This document shows, piece by piece, positions 47,173 to 55,788 of a DNA stretch of 64,000 bases. Under the pieces are notes generated by a model, which had not been told where the DNA came from, did not search any database, and worked only from the letters and a program-made list of their open reading frames with translations. The translations under genes were made by a program, and so were the position numbers. The DNA lies in contig OZ245366.1 of assembly GCA_965226585.1 (NCBI GenBank), positions 512,001 through 576,000 of the forward strand. Direction: 5' to 3'. Each line of letters opens with the position of its first letter. Position 1 is the stretch's first letter. The DNA is from Thermodesulfobacteriota bacterium (GTDB lineage: Bacteria; Desulfobacterota_D; UBA1144; Nemesobacterales; Mycalebacteriaceae).

Positions 47173-48714
47173 TTATTTCTCCACTTTGATTTTTTTCAAA
47201 TTCGCCAGAATACGCTTATTCATCTCCGCCTCTTCCTTCACCTGCCCTTCAAACTCAGCTTTAAGTTCCGCAAAGCGTTCTCCAAAATCAAAATCATCTT
47301 CCACTTCCTCAAGCCCAACATAACGCCCCGGACTGAGAATATATTCCAACTCCGCCACCCTTTCTGTTTTAACCGAAGCGCAGAATCCGGGAACATCTTC
47401 ATAATCTCCGCTCTTTTTCCGCCATTCATGATAAACACCGGCAACCTTCGCTATGTCTTCATCGGCAAATTCCTTGTTTTTACGGCTGACGAGATGCCCC
47501 AGTTTGTCTGCGTCAATAAAAAGTATTTCATCCTCCCGTTTGCGGTCGCCGTTGTAGCCGTGCCGTTTGTTGGAAATGAACCATAAACAAGCGGGAATCT
47601 GCGTGTTGAGAAACAGTTTTCCCGGCAAATTGACTATGCAATCAACAAGTCCGGCATCAACAATACTCTTGCGGATAACATCCTCATTAGACGATTTGGA
47701 AGTTAGCGACCCTTTGGACAAAACAAAACCGGCAACGCCAGTTGGTGAAAGATGGTGGATGAAGTGCTGAACCCACGCAAAGTTGGCATTGCCCGGTGGC
47801 GGCGCGCCGTGTTCCCAGCGTCCGTCTTTCCGTAAAATATCGCCGCTCCAGTCGCTGTCGTTAAAAGGCGGATTGGCGAGAATAAAATCCGCCTTCAAAT
47901 CCTTGTGTTCATCACTCAGAAAAGAACCTTCAGTGTTCCATTTCACCTGACTGCCGTCTATCCCGCGAATGGCAAGATTCATGCGGGCAAGGTGATATGT
48001 GGTCTCGTTGCTCTCCTGCCCGTAGATGGAAATGTCGTTTATCTTTCCCTGATGTTCCTTAATGAACTTTTCACTCATCACAAACATACCGCCGCTTCCA
48101 CAGCACGGGTCAAAAACCCTGCCCTTATACGGCTCTATCATCTCAACAAGCAGTTTTACAATGGAAGCGGGCGTGTAGAACTGTCCGCCTTTCTGCCCCT
48201 CCGCGAGAGCAAATTGACCGAGAAAATACTCATAAACCTTGCCGAGAATGTCTTTTGCCTTCTCCGCTTCGCCTTTCAAGTCAATCTCATTGGTGATGAG
48301 GTCTATCAACCCCCCGAGCGATGTGGGAGACAAATTGGGCTTTGCGAATACTTTTGGCAAAATCCCCTTCAACTCAGGGTTGTCCCTCTCTATGACTCCC
48401 ATCGCCTCATCTACGATTTGCCCGATGGTTGGCTGTTTTGCCTGAGATTGAATGTTTGACCACCTCGCGTTCACCGGAACCCAGAAGATGTTTTCCGCTC
48501 TGTATTCATCCGGGTCTTCAGGGTTCGCGTGCTTGTAATCGCCTTTGCCTTCGGTGATTTTGGCGTGAAGCGTCTCAAAGGAATCGGATATGTATTTGAG
48601 AAATACCAAGCCAAGCACAATGTGCTTGTATCCCGCCGCATTAATGTTCTTGCGCAGTTTGTCCGCCGCAGCAAAAAGCGAACTCTCAAAACTTGGAAGT
48701 TTTGTTTCAGACAT
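47173..48714 (-). CDS. hsdM: Type I R-M methyltransferase subunit
   Basis: [26 protein letters not shown]; start could be 48714 or 48723. Confidence 0.97.
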   Translation of the reverse strand: MSETKLPSFESSLFAAADKLRKNINAAGYKHIVLGLVFLKYISDSFETLHAKITEGKGDYKHANPEDPDEYRAENIFWVPVNARWSNIQSQAKQPTIGQIVDEAMGVIERDNPELKGILPKVFAKPNLSPTSLGGLIDLITNEIDLKGEAEKAKDILGKVYEYFLGQFALAEGQKGGQFYTPASIVKLLVEMIEPYKGRVFDPCCGSGGMFVMSEKFIKEHQGKINDISIYGQESNETTYHLARMNLAIRGIDGSQVKWNTEGSFLSDEHKDLKADFILANPPFNDSDWSGDILRKDGRWEHGAPPPGNANFAWVQHFIHHLSPTGVAGFVLSKGSLTSKSSNEDVIRKSIVDAGLVDCIVNLPGKLFLNTQIPACLWFISNKRHGYNGDRKREDEILFIDADKLGHLVSRKNKEFADEDIAKVAGVYHEWRKKSGDYEDVPGFCASVKTERVAELEYILSPGRYVGLEEVEDDFDFGERFAELKAEFEGQVKEEAEMNKRILANLKKIKVEK

Positions 48715-48720
48715 GGCTTT

Positions 48721-48755
48721 CATTCTACACAAGGCGCGGTTTCACTCCAAAGCCC
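48721..48755 (-). promoter_or_regulatory. Promoter of the hsd operon (homologous to 50178-50212)
   Basis: TTGGAG-N17-TAGAAT, 7 nt before ATG 48714; no SD. Confidence 0.65.
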
Positions 48756-48756
48756 A

Positions 48757-48840
48757 AATTCACGCCAAAACCACAAAACCGCGTGAATTACCCCCACAAA
48801 ACACCCCCAATTCACGCCAAAACCGCAAAAACCCGTGAAT
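48757..48840. repeat. Two tandem units, each ATTCACG-N17-CGTGAAT, period 52 bp
   Basis: AATTCACGCCAAAACC(A/G)CAAAA at 48757 and 48809 (21/22 identical), each closed by CGTGAAT. Confidence 0.85.
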
Positions 48841-48846
48841 GCCCTC

Positions 48847-50136
48847 TCACCCCTTTCCCCACTTATAAACCCCTTCCATAACAAAACACCCCGCAACCAC
48901 ACCCGCCGCCACAATCACACCGCCCGGCTCTGTGCCGTATTGCTGAACCACAAGAGCAAAAAGGGCGACCAGACACAAAACCACTCCAAGCAAAGAGATT
49001 CCCCTGTTCCCGCCCGTAAATCCCGACAACCGGAATCCCGCGTAATTTACGGCGGCAAAAATTAATAAAAAACCTATGCTCCCCGCTGTGGATATGCTCT
49101 CCAGTTTCAAAGTGTTTGCCGCAATAACAGTCGCAACCGCCGTTATCATCAATCCAACCGGCTGATTCCAAAATAAAGCCGTCAACTGATGAGGCAATTC
49201 ATCATCCTCCGCTATCTCATAACTCACCCGGCTTCCGCCGTATAAAGAAGCGTTAATCGCGGAAAAAGTGGAAATTAACGCCGCAATCGTGATAACAACA
49301 AAACCCGCCCGCCCCAAAACCGGCTTGGCGGCTTCGGCAAGCACATAGTCCTGCGCCGAAGCAATATCCGCAAATGGCAAAGAACCAACCGTTACGGCGG
49401 CAATCACCACATAAAGACAAATGACAAAAATAACCGAAAAATAATAAGCGCGCGGAACATTTATTTCCGGCTTCCTGATGTCCGGCGCGGCGTTGGCTAT
49501 AAGTTCAAAACCCTCATACGCAACAAAAATAACCATCCCGCCCGTAAGCAGGTGGACGGGGCTTTCCCAACTCTCAGGCAAAAGCTGAGACAGATTGGGG
49601 TTGCCGTATAAACCGGCGATGCTGATGAAAACAAAAGACAGCAAAATCACAAGTTTGATGATTACCGCCCCGGACTCTATTTTGCCCACAACGGCGATGC
49701 TGTAATAGTTGATGGCGGTGGCAATAACGATGATGGCGGTGGCGTAGATGTGGAAATCCGCTGTGCTGTCTCCCGTAACGGCGAGAAGATTGGGCGCGTA
49801 AAATCCAAACGCCGATGTGTAGAGAGCAAGCATGATGATGTAACTCACCCACAACAAGTTGTTGATGCCGCCGCTGAAAACAGACTTGCCAAAACCCTGA
49901 TTGATGAACTTCACCGTGCCGCCCCTGTCCGGATAAGTCAGCGACAGGCGGACGTAGCTGTATGAGGTGATAAGGGCGATGATGCCCGCAATGAGAAAGG
50001 CAACCGGCGTTCCGCCCTGCGCCAGAGAAACGGCAAGCCCCAAAACGGCGAAGATGCCGCCGCCCACCATACCGCCGATACCAATGGAGATCGCCTCCTT
50101 CAACCCGATTCGCGCTTCTTTCGCCCCGTTTGCCAT
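48847..50136 (-). CDS. APC family amino acid permease
   Basis: GIGGMVGGGIF in TM1, FVAYEGFE in TM6, about 12 TM helices. Confidence 0.93.
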   Translation of the reverse strand: MANGAKEARIGLKEAISIGIGGMVGGGIFAVLGLAVSLAQGGTPVAFLIAGIIALITSYSYVRLSLTYPDRGGTVKFINQGFGKSVFSGGINNLLWVSYIIMLALYTSAFGFYAPNLLAVTGDSTADFHIYATAIIVIATAINYYSIAVVGKIESGAVIIKLVILLSFVFISIAGLYGNPNLSQLLPESWESPVHLLTGGMVIFVAYEGFELIANAAPDIRKPEINVPRAYYFSVIFVICLYVVIAAVTVGSLPFADIASAQDYVLAEAAKPVLGRAGFVVITIAALISTFSAINASLYGGSRVSYEIAEDDELPHQLTALFWNQPVGLMITAVATVIAANTLKLESISTAGSIGFLLIFAAVNYAGFRLSGFTGGNRGISLLGVVLCLVALFALVVQQYGTEPGGVIVAAGVVAGCFVMEGVYKWGKG

Positions 50137-50177
50137 AAAATTGCCATACCCGCCGCCATAGCCGCAAGATACGGCTC

Positions 50178-50212
50178 CATTCTACACAAACCGCCGCTTT
50201 ACCTCAAAGCCC
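50178..50212 (-). promoter_or_regulatory. Promoter of the APC permease (homologous to 48721-48755)
   Basis: TTGAGG-N17-TAGAAT; 28/35 ungapped identity to the hsdM promoter. Confidence 0.65.
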
Positions 50213-50327
50213 CGAAACCGCGCAAAAGGGCGAATTCACGGCATAAAACGGGCGTTTTTACCCCACAAAACGGCAAAGGCGGCGCGGGAGGGCTGTTTGC
50301 AAATATCGCGGGGGCAATCCGTTTGTC

Positions 50328-50357
50328 TTTACAAGCAAAGGGCTTATGTGATACAAT
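50328..50357 (+). promoter_or_regulatory. Extended -10 promoter of the OMP gene
   Basis: TTTACA-N18-TACAAT with TGn; GGAGG SD before ATG 50387. Confidence 0.55.
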
Positions 50358-50386
50358 CGCGGAAGTTTCTTTTTGGGAGGAGAACA

Positions 50387-51730
50387 ATGTTTTCTGGCAT
50401 AACCGCGCGCCGGTTTGCGCGCAAGGTACTCACGGGAACGGCTTTCATTCTGTGTTTAATCACCGGAAGTGCTTTGCTGAACACCGCCGCTAAAGCGGAA
50501 TTACTCATGCTTTCCGGAGGTCCCCACGCGGGTCCGTATCTGGGAGTCGGCATTGGCACGGGCTCTCTTACGGGAAGGCAGTTCAATGCCACCGCCACTG
50601 AAGATGTTCAAGGGTTCGGCGCGTCTGATTTTCAGGTGGTTCCCGTTGCCGGCTGGAAAGTATCTTTTATAGATATGTTCGTTTTCGGTCTTGAAACACA
50701 CATCTCCCTCGCAACCATTCTCAGCCAGAGGACAGACGCAGACACAAGTTCCATTAATATGAAACGCCCGTTTGAATACGGCGTAACCGGTCTTGCCGGC
50801 TACCTTGTCAACAATGACGGTTTGCTGTTCGGTCAGGGCGGCTACTCAAGGGCGAGAACGATTATTCTTGACGGTCCCAAAACAGACATCAACGGATGGA
50901 TTTACGGCGCGGGCGCGGAAACCATCGTGGGCGACAGCCTCTCGTTCAGAATAAACTGGAAGCACACGCTTTTTGAAGACCCCACAACCACTGCCACAAA
51001 TGACGAGTTTGAAGTTGCGCAGGATCAGTTCCTGTTCAGTCTTATCTACAGATTTGGCGGAAATGAATCAACGGGAACCCGCGCCGGTTCAAATGAACTC
51101 AAACACGGATTTCAAATCAGCGCGAGCCCCGGACGCTCTGCGGGCGTGATGGCGGAGAGTCTTGAGGGAGCCGGATCCGGGCAGAACGACCTTCAGTCAG
51201 ACGGTTATCTCGCAAGTTTTGCCATCTCCTACGACTTTACACTGCCGAACGACAGGTTTGTGCTTGGAATCGGCGGCTCATACAGCATCGCCGATATTGA
51301 GTATGAGAATATTACCAACACCCTTAACGCGAAGGTTGAACAGGAAAATGATTTGCAGTTTTTCGGACGTTTCGGGTTTAAGCCCACGCCCTCGTCAATG
51401 ATTTACAGCGATATCGGCTGGACAAGGGGAGATATTGAGGTTTCCAGAGGAGGCACAGCAGGCGGAATTCAGTCGCCCGGAACTGCCGGAGCAACATCGG
51501 TTGAATTGGAAGCCAAAGGGCTGATGCTGGGTCTTGGAATGAGACTTGCCACCGACATTGACGGAATGTTTGTTGATGTCAACTGGCAGTACGTCAGATA
51601 CGAAACCGATGGTGTGGAGTTTGGCAGCAGCGCGCCTTTCACCACCGCAACACAGGATATTTCAAGCAACCGTTTCACTATCGGGGTTGGCTACAGTCTT
51701 TCAGGCATTCTTTCCAAAGCCTTCTATTAA
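50387..51730 (+). CDS. Outer membrane protein with two tandem OmpA-like 8-strand beta-barrel domains
   Basis: Signal peptide; barrel 1 GPYLGVGIG...QFLFSLIYRF, linker, barrel 2 GFQISAS...RFTIGVGYSL. Confidence 0.75.
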   Translation: MFSGITARRFARKVLTGTAFILCLITGSALLNTAAKAELLMLSGGPHAGPYLGVGIGTGSLTGRQFNATATEDVQGFGASDFQVVPVAGWKVSFIDMFVFGLETHISLATILSQRTDADTSSINMKRPFEYGVTGLAGYLVNNDGLLFGQGGYSRARTIILDGPKTDINGWIYGAGAETIVGDSLSFRINWKHTLFEDPTTTATNDEFEVAQDQFLFSLIYRFGGNESTGTRAGSNELKHGFQISASPGRSAGVMAESLEGAGSGQNDLQSDGYLASFAISYDFTLPNDRFVLGIGGSYSIADIEYENITNTLNAKVEQENDLQFFGRFGFKPTPSSMIYSDIGWTRGDIEVSRGGTAGGIQSPGTAGATSVELEAKGLMLGLGMRLATDIDGMFVDVNWQYVRYETDGVEFGSSAPFTTATQDISSNRFTIGVGYSLSGILSKAFY

Positions 51731-51733
51731 GGT

Positions 51734-52915
51734 TCACACAACCGAGGCGCGGCTTGCTTCAAGCGCGCCGAAATACGGGTTTTCCGCGCCGCTTTCTATA
51801 AATATCAAATCCGCGTCTTTGCCGGTTTCTATGCTTCCGGCTCTGTCTTCAATAAATAACGCCTTCGCCCCGCCAAGCGTTGCCGTATAAACCGCTTTTT
51901 TCGCCGCTTTTTCCGCCCCCAGAGGAAGCAGAAGTTCGTAGAGGGCTCTTATCTCGTCAAAAAAATTAAGCGTTTTGTTGCTTGAAAGCCCGTCCGTGCC
52001 AAGACCAACCCTTTCAAGTTTCATATATTCCCGCGCGGGCGCGTCTCCGGTGTTCAAAAACCGGTTGCTTCTCGGACACAAAACAATTCCAAGACCCCTT
52101 TTGCGGATTTTTTCAATCTCATTTTTTTCAATGTGCGCCATGTGAATCGCGGTTATTTTTGCCGCCGGATTATCCATTTTGCTGAAATACATAAAAGGCG
52201 TTTGCGCGGTGTGGCGGCGCATCGGCGATTTTCCCATAACGGGATATATGCTTTCCTCAATCCCGTTTTTCTCTCCCCTTACAAAAGCGGTTTCCTCAGG
52301 GCTTTCCGCCAAGTGAATTCCCGCCGGCAATCCTTTTTCCACCGATATTTTGAACATCTTTTTTATAAGTTCCGGACTGCACGAATACGGGGCGTGAGGA
52401 AAAAACCTTTCTTCAAATCTGTCCGTTTTTTCCGGTAATGGTTCCGGCGCGGGTTTGCTGTCTGTAACTTCACGGAAAAGAACGGTTCTGAGCGGGCTGT
52501 TTTTCAATATCTCAGAGTCATTCCCGTATGACGATATTTCACCAACGGTTGTTACGCCGCTTTTTATCAGGGTTTCAATTCCGTCTTTTACCGATTTTTC
52601 TATTTCGCGGGTTTTCACACCGGCGGATTTTTTGCCGATTATGTAACTAAGCCAACTGACGAAGCCCGAAAACTCTTTCGCGGGTTTCAGCCATCCCAGT
52701 TCAAGATGAGTGTGGCAGTTTATAAATCCGGGAAGTAAAATTCCCGCTCCGAGGTCGCAAACCGTGAAACCGGGAAAATGGCTTTTAATTTCATCCGCCT
52801 TTCCGCACAGTTTTATTTTGCCGTCTTCAACCGCCACCGCGCCATTTTTAACCGGCTCCGATGAAACCGGAAGAACATTTGAGCAGACAATAACCCTTCC
52901 GTTCGTATCGTTCAT
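51734..52915 (-). CDS. Metal-dependent amidohydrolase (nucleoside deaminase-like)
   Basis: PGFINCHTHLE, PHAPYS, HLAES, CPRSN, LGTDG, GKDAD. Confidence 0.9.
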   Translation of the reverse strand: MNDTNGRVIVCSNVLPVSSEPVKNGAVAVEDGKIKLCGKADEIKSHFPGFTVCDLGAGILLPGFINCHTHLELGWLKPAKEFSGFVSWLSYIIGKKSAGVKTREIEKSVKDGIETLIKSGVTTVGEISSYGNDSEILKNSPLRTVLFREVTDSKPAPEPLPEKTDRFEERFFPHAPYSCSPELIKKMFKISVEKGLPAGIHLAESPEETAFVRGEKNGIEESIYPVMGKSPMRRHTAQTPFMYFSKMDNPAAKITAIHMAHIEKNEIEKIRKRGLGIVLCPRSNRFLNTGDAPAREYMKLERVGLGTDGLSSNKTLNFFDEIRALYELLLPLGAEKAAKKAVYTATLGGAKALFIEDRAGSIETGKDADLIFIESGAENPYFGALEASRASVV

Positions 52916-52917
52916 TT

Positions 52918-53790
52918 TTACGCGCCGGAAAGTTTTTTCAGAATATCCGCGCTCAGGGTTCCGCTTGCCACCTCTTCGGCGGGTCCCGTCATTCGGAGGT
53001 CAAAATCATCAGATATTTCCACTTTAATCTCTCCGCCCGGCATTGAAACCGTCAGGCGGTTTTCGCACAATCCGTTTTTTACCGCCGCCGCCGCCGCCGC
53101 GCATGAACTTGAACCCGAAGCAAACGTGTATCCCGCCCCGCGCTCCCATATTGAAATCTCAATTTCCTTTTTCCCCTTCACCTTTGCAAACTGAACATTT
53201 GTTCTGTTCGGGAAAAACTCATGGTTTTCAAGGGCGGCTCCAAACTCTTTTGTCTGCCGTTCGCTCAAATCGTTTGAAAAAATAACGCAGTGCGGATTGC
53301 CCACCGAAACGGCGGTGAATTCAAACCGTTTTCCGCCCGCCTCTATTTCTTTGCAAACCACGTCGCCCGAAAATCCGCCGCCAACCGGAATCTCTTCCGC
53401 CCCAAAAACCGCCCGCCCCATGTCAACTGTTATGAGGGAAACCGCGCCGTTTTCTTTCACTATTTCCGCCCGAACGGTTCCGCCGGGGGTTTCAATGGAA
53501 AAACTTTCGGATTTTGTGTGCCCGTGCTCGTAAAGAAATTTAGCGAATATTCTCAAGCCGTTGCCGCTTTTTTCCGCCTCACTGCCGTCCGGGTTGAATA
53601 TTCTCAGCCCGAAATCCGATTTTTCGGATTCCGCAAGCAAAAGAACGCCGTCTGCCCCGATGCCGTAATTGCGGTCGCAAATTAAACGGATGGCGGACGG
53701 CGTGATTTTGAACGCCGGTTCACTTTGCCCGAAAACAACATAATCGTTTCCGAGCCCGTGAGATTTTACAAAAAAACAGTCTCGCGACAT
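52918..53790 (-). CDS. dapF: Diaminopimelate epimerase, Ser/Ser active-site variant
   Basis: HGLGND, GIGADG, NPDGSEAEKSGNG, GNPH, WERGAGYTFASGSS. Confidence 0.9.
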   Translation of the reverse strand: MSRDCFFVKSHGLGNDYVVFGQSEPAFKITPSAIRLICDRNYGIGADGVLLLAESEKSDFGLRIFNPDGSEAEKSGNGLRIFAKFLYEHGHTKSESFSIETPGGTVRAEIVKENGAVSLITVDMGRAVFGAEEIPVGGGFSGDVVCKEIEAGGKRFEFTAVSVGNPHCVIFSNDLSERQTKEFGAALENHEFFPNRTNVQFAKVKGKKEIEISIWERGAGYTFASGSSSCAAAAAAVKNGLCENRLTVSMPGGEIKVEISDDFDLRMTGPAEEVASGTLSADILKKLSGA

Positions 53791-53836
53791 ATCAGAGTTC
53801 CGGCGGCAAAATTATTGCCGCAAAGCGGCGTCTGAT

Positions 53837-54040
53837 TCAGCCTTCCAGAATAAAGGTTATTTTTATGTGCGCCCTGTATTCGGAAACTTTTCCGTTTTTT
53901 ACCTGAGCGTTCATTTTTGTAACTTCAATACCCGTAAGACCTCTGAGCGTTTTGTTCGCTCTTTTAAGCGCTTCTGAAACCGCGTCATCCCACGATTTTT
54001 TTGAAGAACCGATGACTTCCGTTACTCTTGCTACAGCCAT
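53837..54040 (-). CDS. Dodecin family protein
   Basis: EVIGSSKKSWDDAV...RANKTLR...YRAHIKITF; GGAGG SD. Confidence 0.92.
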   Translation of the reverse strand: MAVARVTEVIGSSKKSWDDAVSEALKRANKTLRGLTGIEVTKMNAQVKNGKVSEYRAHIKITFILEG

Positions 54041-54112
54041 TATATTTACCTCCGTAAATTAAATACGCCAATAATAGTAATCAATCTCAAAGTTTTTTCA
54101 ATCAGCCGCCAT

Positions 54113-54140
54113 TTGACAAAATGAAAAGTGTCAATAAATT
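54113..54140. promoter_or_regulatory. TTGACA-N10-TGTCAA palindrome overlapping the SDR promoter
   Basis: TTGACA 54113-54118, TGTCAA 54129-54134, TAAATT 54135-54140. Confidence 0.5.
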
Positions 54141-54183
54141 AGTTCACCAAACCAACACTCTACAAGGTGAGGAGGAAACTATT

Positions 54184-54945
54184 ATGTTGGAAAAAATGCA
54201 CGACCTTAAAGGTCAGGTTGCCGTTGTTACGGGTGGTTCAAGAGGAATAGGAAAAGCAATTTCCCTTGCTCTTGCCGAAGCCGGCGCGGACATACTTCTT
54301 AACTACGCGAGAAGTGACAAAGCGGCGGACGCCGTGAAAAGCGAGATTGAATCTCTCGGAAGAAAATGCGTAACCGTGCGGGCAGACGTCGGAAACTTTG
54401 ATCAGGCGCAAAATGTCGGCAAAGCGGCGGTGAACCATTTCGGCAAAATTGATATTTTGGTGAACAACGCCGGAGTCAACAGAGACCGTATGCTTAAAAG
54501 GATGACCCTTGAGCAGTGGAACGAGGTTATTCAGACAAACCTTTCAAGTGTTTTCAACTGCACAAAAGCCACGCTGGACGCCCTTTCGGCAAACGAAAAC
54601 GGCGGCTCCATCATTTCAATATCTTCAATCATCGGAGAGATGGGAAACGTTGGGCAGGCGAACTACGCTTCAACCAAAGCGGGCATAACCGGTTTTACAA
54701 AGAGCATGGCGCGCGAACTTTCCAGAAACAGGATAAGGGTGAACGCCATTGCTCCGGGTTTTGTTGAAACAGACATGCTTATGAGCGTTCCCGAAGACAT
54801 CAGGGCGACAATTCTCAAAGACATCCCGCTTGGCAGATTCGGCTCAGCCGAAGACGTTGCTCTCGCGGTTGTCTATCTGTGCTCTTCATCGGGAAGCTGG
54901 ATTACCGGCACAACCGTGCGCCTCAACGGCGGACACTACATCTAA
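54184..54945 (+). CDS. SDR oxidoreductase (FabG/acetoacetyl-CoA reductase-like)
   Basis: TGGSRGIG, NNAG, NYASTK, PGFVETDM; GAGGAGG SD. Confidence 0.92.
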   Translation: MLEKMHDLKGQVAVVTGGSRGIGKAISLALAEAGADILLNYARSDKAADAVKSEIESLGRKCVTVRADVGNFDQAQNVGKAAVNHFGKIDILVNNAGVNRDRMLKRMTLEQWNEVIQTNLSSVFNCTKATLDALSANENGGSIISISSIIGEMGNVGQANYASTKAGITGFTKSMARELSRNRIRVNAIAPGFVETDMLMSVPEDIRATILKDIPLGRFGSAEDVALAVVYLCSSSGSWITGTTVRLNGGHYI

Positions 54946-54966
54946 TTCCAATACGGGCGGCGCGCG

Positions 54967-55788
54967 CTAAAAGGTGTGCCGCCCGGGAATGAGATAGTAA
55001 CTCGCGAAGAAAACCGCCGCCGCCGCGATAAATCCGGCTATGGCTCCGAATGACGATTTTCTTCCACGCCATCCGTGGGCGAGCCGTCCGTTTATAAGAA
55101 CGGCGTATATCAGCCATGTGGCGACCGAGAAGGTTTCCTTCTTTCCCCACAGCCAGTCCGCCCCCCACGCCTGACTTGCCGAAAGGAAGCCCAGCGCGAT
55201 ACCGAGGGTAACCAGCGGAAAGCCGCAGAAAAGCGTTATGTGCTGAACCCTGTCAAGACCAACTATCGGCAGAAGAGAGTTGTCTCTGTCTTCGGGAAGA
55301 GAGCCGCTTTTTATGCGTTTTTCCCTGAACAGGTAGAGAAGGGCGGCGACAAACGCGATAAAGAAAAACGCCATTCCCAGCAGTATGAGGGCTACATGAG
55401 TGCGGATAAGCGGCATCATCACAAGCCCGCCTTCCGCTCCCCCGCCCGAAGGGATTGCCGAGGGAAGCGTCGCTATAAAAGCGAGCGTGAAAACAAACGC
55501 GCCCAGAGATGACTTTCGCGCCCTCCGCCCAAGGCACAGAAACGCTATTGCGGTGAACCACGAGAACAGAAACAGCGACCGCGCAAGCCCGCCCGCAAGC
55601 GTTCCGCCTGAGAAGAGAAGAACTGCTATTTGAGCCGTGTGCGCGGCAAATCCCGCCACACCCAGCACAAAGCCCGCCCTGCGCGTCCACGCCGGGGTCG
55701 CCCCTGAAATAAAGAGGATTAGAAACACGGACGAGGCGAAGTAGAGAGACGATATTGCCGTGTTGAGAAGCGCGCCGTCCATTGTCAT
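54967..55788 (-). CDS. Cytochrome c assembly protein (CcsA/HemX-like)
   Basis: Multiple TM helices, conserved His residues, Trp-rich AWGADWLWGKKE segment. Confidence 0.85.
   Translation of the reverse strand: MTMDGALLNTAISSLYFASSVFLILFISGATPAWTRRAGFVLGVAGFAAHTAQIAVLLFSGGTLAGGLARSLFLFSWFTAIAFLCLGRRARKSSLGAFVFTLAFIATLPSAIPSGGGAEGGLVMMPLIRTHVALILLGMAFFFIAFVAALLYLFREKRIKSGSLPEDRDNSLLPIVGLDRVQHITLFCGFPLVTLGIALGFLSASQAWGADWLWGKKETFSVATWLIYAVLINGRLAHGWRGRKSSFGAIAGFIAAAAVFFASYYLIPGRHTF

Larger units (their letters stand above)
39142..50280. mobile_element. Composite defence island between tyrS and the OMP gene
   Basis: DUF488 module, type I R-M with HEPN/MNT/PIN, APC permease; duplicated tyrS end at left and duplicated promoter at right; no integrase. 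Confidence 0.65.

Noticed and set aside
39142..50280. Integron, prophage or IS origin of the island
   Set aside because: No integrase, transposase or phage structural gene, and I could not identify attC-type R''/R' boxes at cassette ends.
51734..51800. Amidohydrolase C-terminal truncation as a pseudogene
   Set aside because: All metal-binding motifs are intact; short C-termini occur in this family.
53803..53821. GCGGCAA/TTGCCGC hairpin after dodecin as an intrinsic terminator
   Set aside because: No U-tract follows on the coding strand, so it was not called.
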